Virus record (IMG/VR): IMGVR_UViG_2663762849_000010
Location: 1-6,572 of that record
DNA length: 6,572 bases
Source of the DNA: a virus
Lineage: Duplodnaviria; Heunggongvirae; Uroviricota; Caudoviricetes
Direction: 5' to 3' (one strand)
The translations under genes were made by a program, and so were the position numbers. The first letter of the stretch is position 1. Every line of letters begins with the position of its first letter. Below, piece by piece: positions 5,535 to 6,572 of the stretch. The notes under the pieces were generated by a model. The model had not been told where the DNA came from. It ran no database searches and saw only the letters and a list, made by a program, of their open reading frames with translations.

Positions 5535-6530
5535 TCAGGACAGCACACCAATCGCCAGCGCGCGATCGATAAAACGAAATATCAGCTCCAGTTGGGAACC
5601 ATACTTATCTTCAAATGCCACGGTATCCGCATGCAGTTTGTCATGGTGTTTTCTGCACAACGGCAACACAAAAAGGTCATGCGATTTTGTCCCCATACCA
5701 CCCTGGCCGTGACCAATCAGATGATGCGGATCATCAGCTGGCTTTCCACAACATGCACACGGCTGCGTCTTAACCCAGCGAGTGTACTTTTCATTAACCC
5801 AGCGACGACGTTTGGGGCGTAACATAAAAGACTCCGGCGACTCCGGATCCACTTTCAGCGCCAGCACCTTTTTCGCTTTATCCCGGATAATACTGGTGGC
5901 AGTAACCGAAGGCACAAGGTCACTCTCCCGGGTGACAGACGGCAAAACAGGCTTCGGTAATCTCAGGGCCTTACGGGCTGCACTTTCCGGTAAGGCATCC
6001 GCCAGGTCATTACGAACCAGCCACCAGCACAGTTCCGGCATTGTCACAACGTGACTGTCATCAAAACCAAGATCACGGCGCACAACAGACAACACCCAGC
6101 GGGCACAGTTATCCGTTGCCATTGATTCCAGCCGTTCCGTGAACTGGTCACGGAGGAGATTGTCACAGTGCCAGCACAGACGGATTGCGCCCGGAGCGTG
6201 TCGCATTGTGGTCATGTTCTCGCTGTGCCATCCGGAATGAGGCCACTGGCAGCCTTTTTCACGAAGTAACCAGCTTTCAAGACATTCCACGCCACCAGCA
6301 CGACGGATCACTGCCTCATGGCGGAACACGGCCCGAACGGCAGGATCATCCGCCAGCGGTTGTGATGCCGCCGGAACGGCACCACTGGCGAAAGATGAAT
6401 AACGCTCCGGCTCAGGCTCCAGCAGGACACGCCCCTGCATAAACAGGGGCATCAGCTCTGAACCTGGCCTGAACAATACGATCCCCATACGCGGGGCAAT
6501 TTCAGGGGTCAGTAGTGCTCTCACAGTCAC
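5535..6530 (-). CDS. DUF968 / YdfU-like prophage protein with C-terminal HNH-like Cys/His motif (about 330 aa)
   Basis: C-terminal motif CACCGKPADDPHHLIGHGQ...LPLCRKHHDKLH. Immediately upstream of Q, as ydfU is to quuQ in prophage Qin (recalled). Start uncertain: GTG at 6530 or 6524 (GAGG SD 5 nt upstream of the latter); an in-frame stop lies at 6557..6555. Confidence 0.75.
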   Translation of the reverse strand: MTVRALLTPEIAPRMGIVLFRPGSELMPLFMQGRVLLEPEPERYSSFASGAVPAASQPLADDPAVRAVFRHEAVIRRAGGVECLESWLLREKGCQWPHSGWHSENMTTMRHAPGAIRLCWHCDNLLRDQFTERLESMATDNCARWVLSVVRRDLGFDDSHVVTMPELCWWLVRNDLADALPESAARKALRLPKPVLPSVTRESDLVPSVTATSIIRDKAKKVLALKVDPESPESFMLRPKRRRWVNEKYTRWVKTQPCACCGKPADDPHHLIGHGQGGMGTKSHDLFVLPLCRKHHDKLHADTVAFEDKYGSQLELIFRFIDRALAIGVLS

Positions 6531-6572
6531 CTCAATGAACGGTATCGAGCAGCTTTAACAGCTCAGGAAATC

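Noticed and set aside
4915-6442. Plus-strand ORFs 4915..5280, 5469..5822, 5782..6054 and 6185..6442
   Set aside because: Antisense to the methyltransferase remnant, Q and the DUF968 gene, which have much better coding features; no independent support.
1-6572. CRISPR arrays, IS elements, integrase or att sites
   Set aside because: No direct-repeat/spacer periodicity, no inverted terminal repeats and no transposase- or integrase-like ORFs in this window.

Overview
This window is the late-regulatory and lysis-proximal region of a lambdoid (Shiga-toxin-phage-like) prophage of an enterobacterium, with every supported gene on the minus strand. Reading in the direction of transcription (high to low coordinates): a DUF968/YdfU-like protein with an HNH-like Cys/His motif, antiterminator Q, a short Q-proximal leader ending in a tR'-like terminator, a 3' remnant of a DNA methyltransferase, a three-tRNA cluster (Ile-CAU, Arg-UCG, Arg-UCU) with its own candidate promoter and terminator, a cargo slot holding a TerB-like protein and a possible 53-aa hydrophobic peptide, a cluster of terminator hairpins, the sialate O-acetylesterase NanS-p, two small ORFs, a dual-start pinholin S, and the 5' end of a further ORF. 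No stxA/stxB is present: the position occupied by stx in Stx phages (between the tRNAs and nanS-p) instead carries the TerB-like module, which is the most interesting candidate here. The ORF track marks TTG/GTG starts as M, so several starts were moved to internal ATGs with Shine-Dalgarno support. Product names rest on recalled family motifs and synteny, not on database searches.
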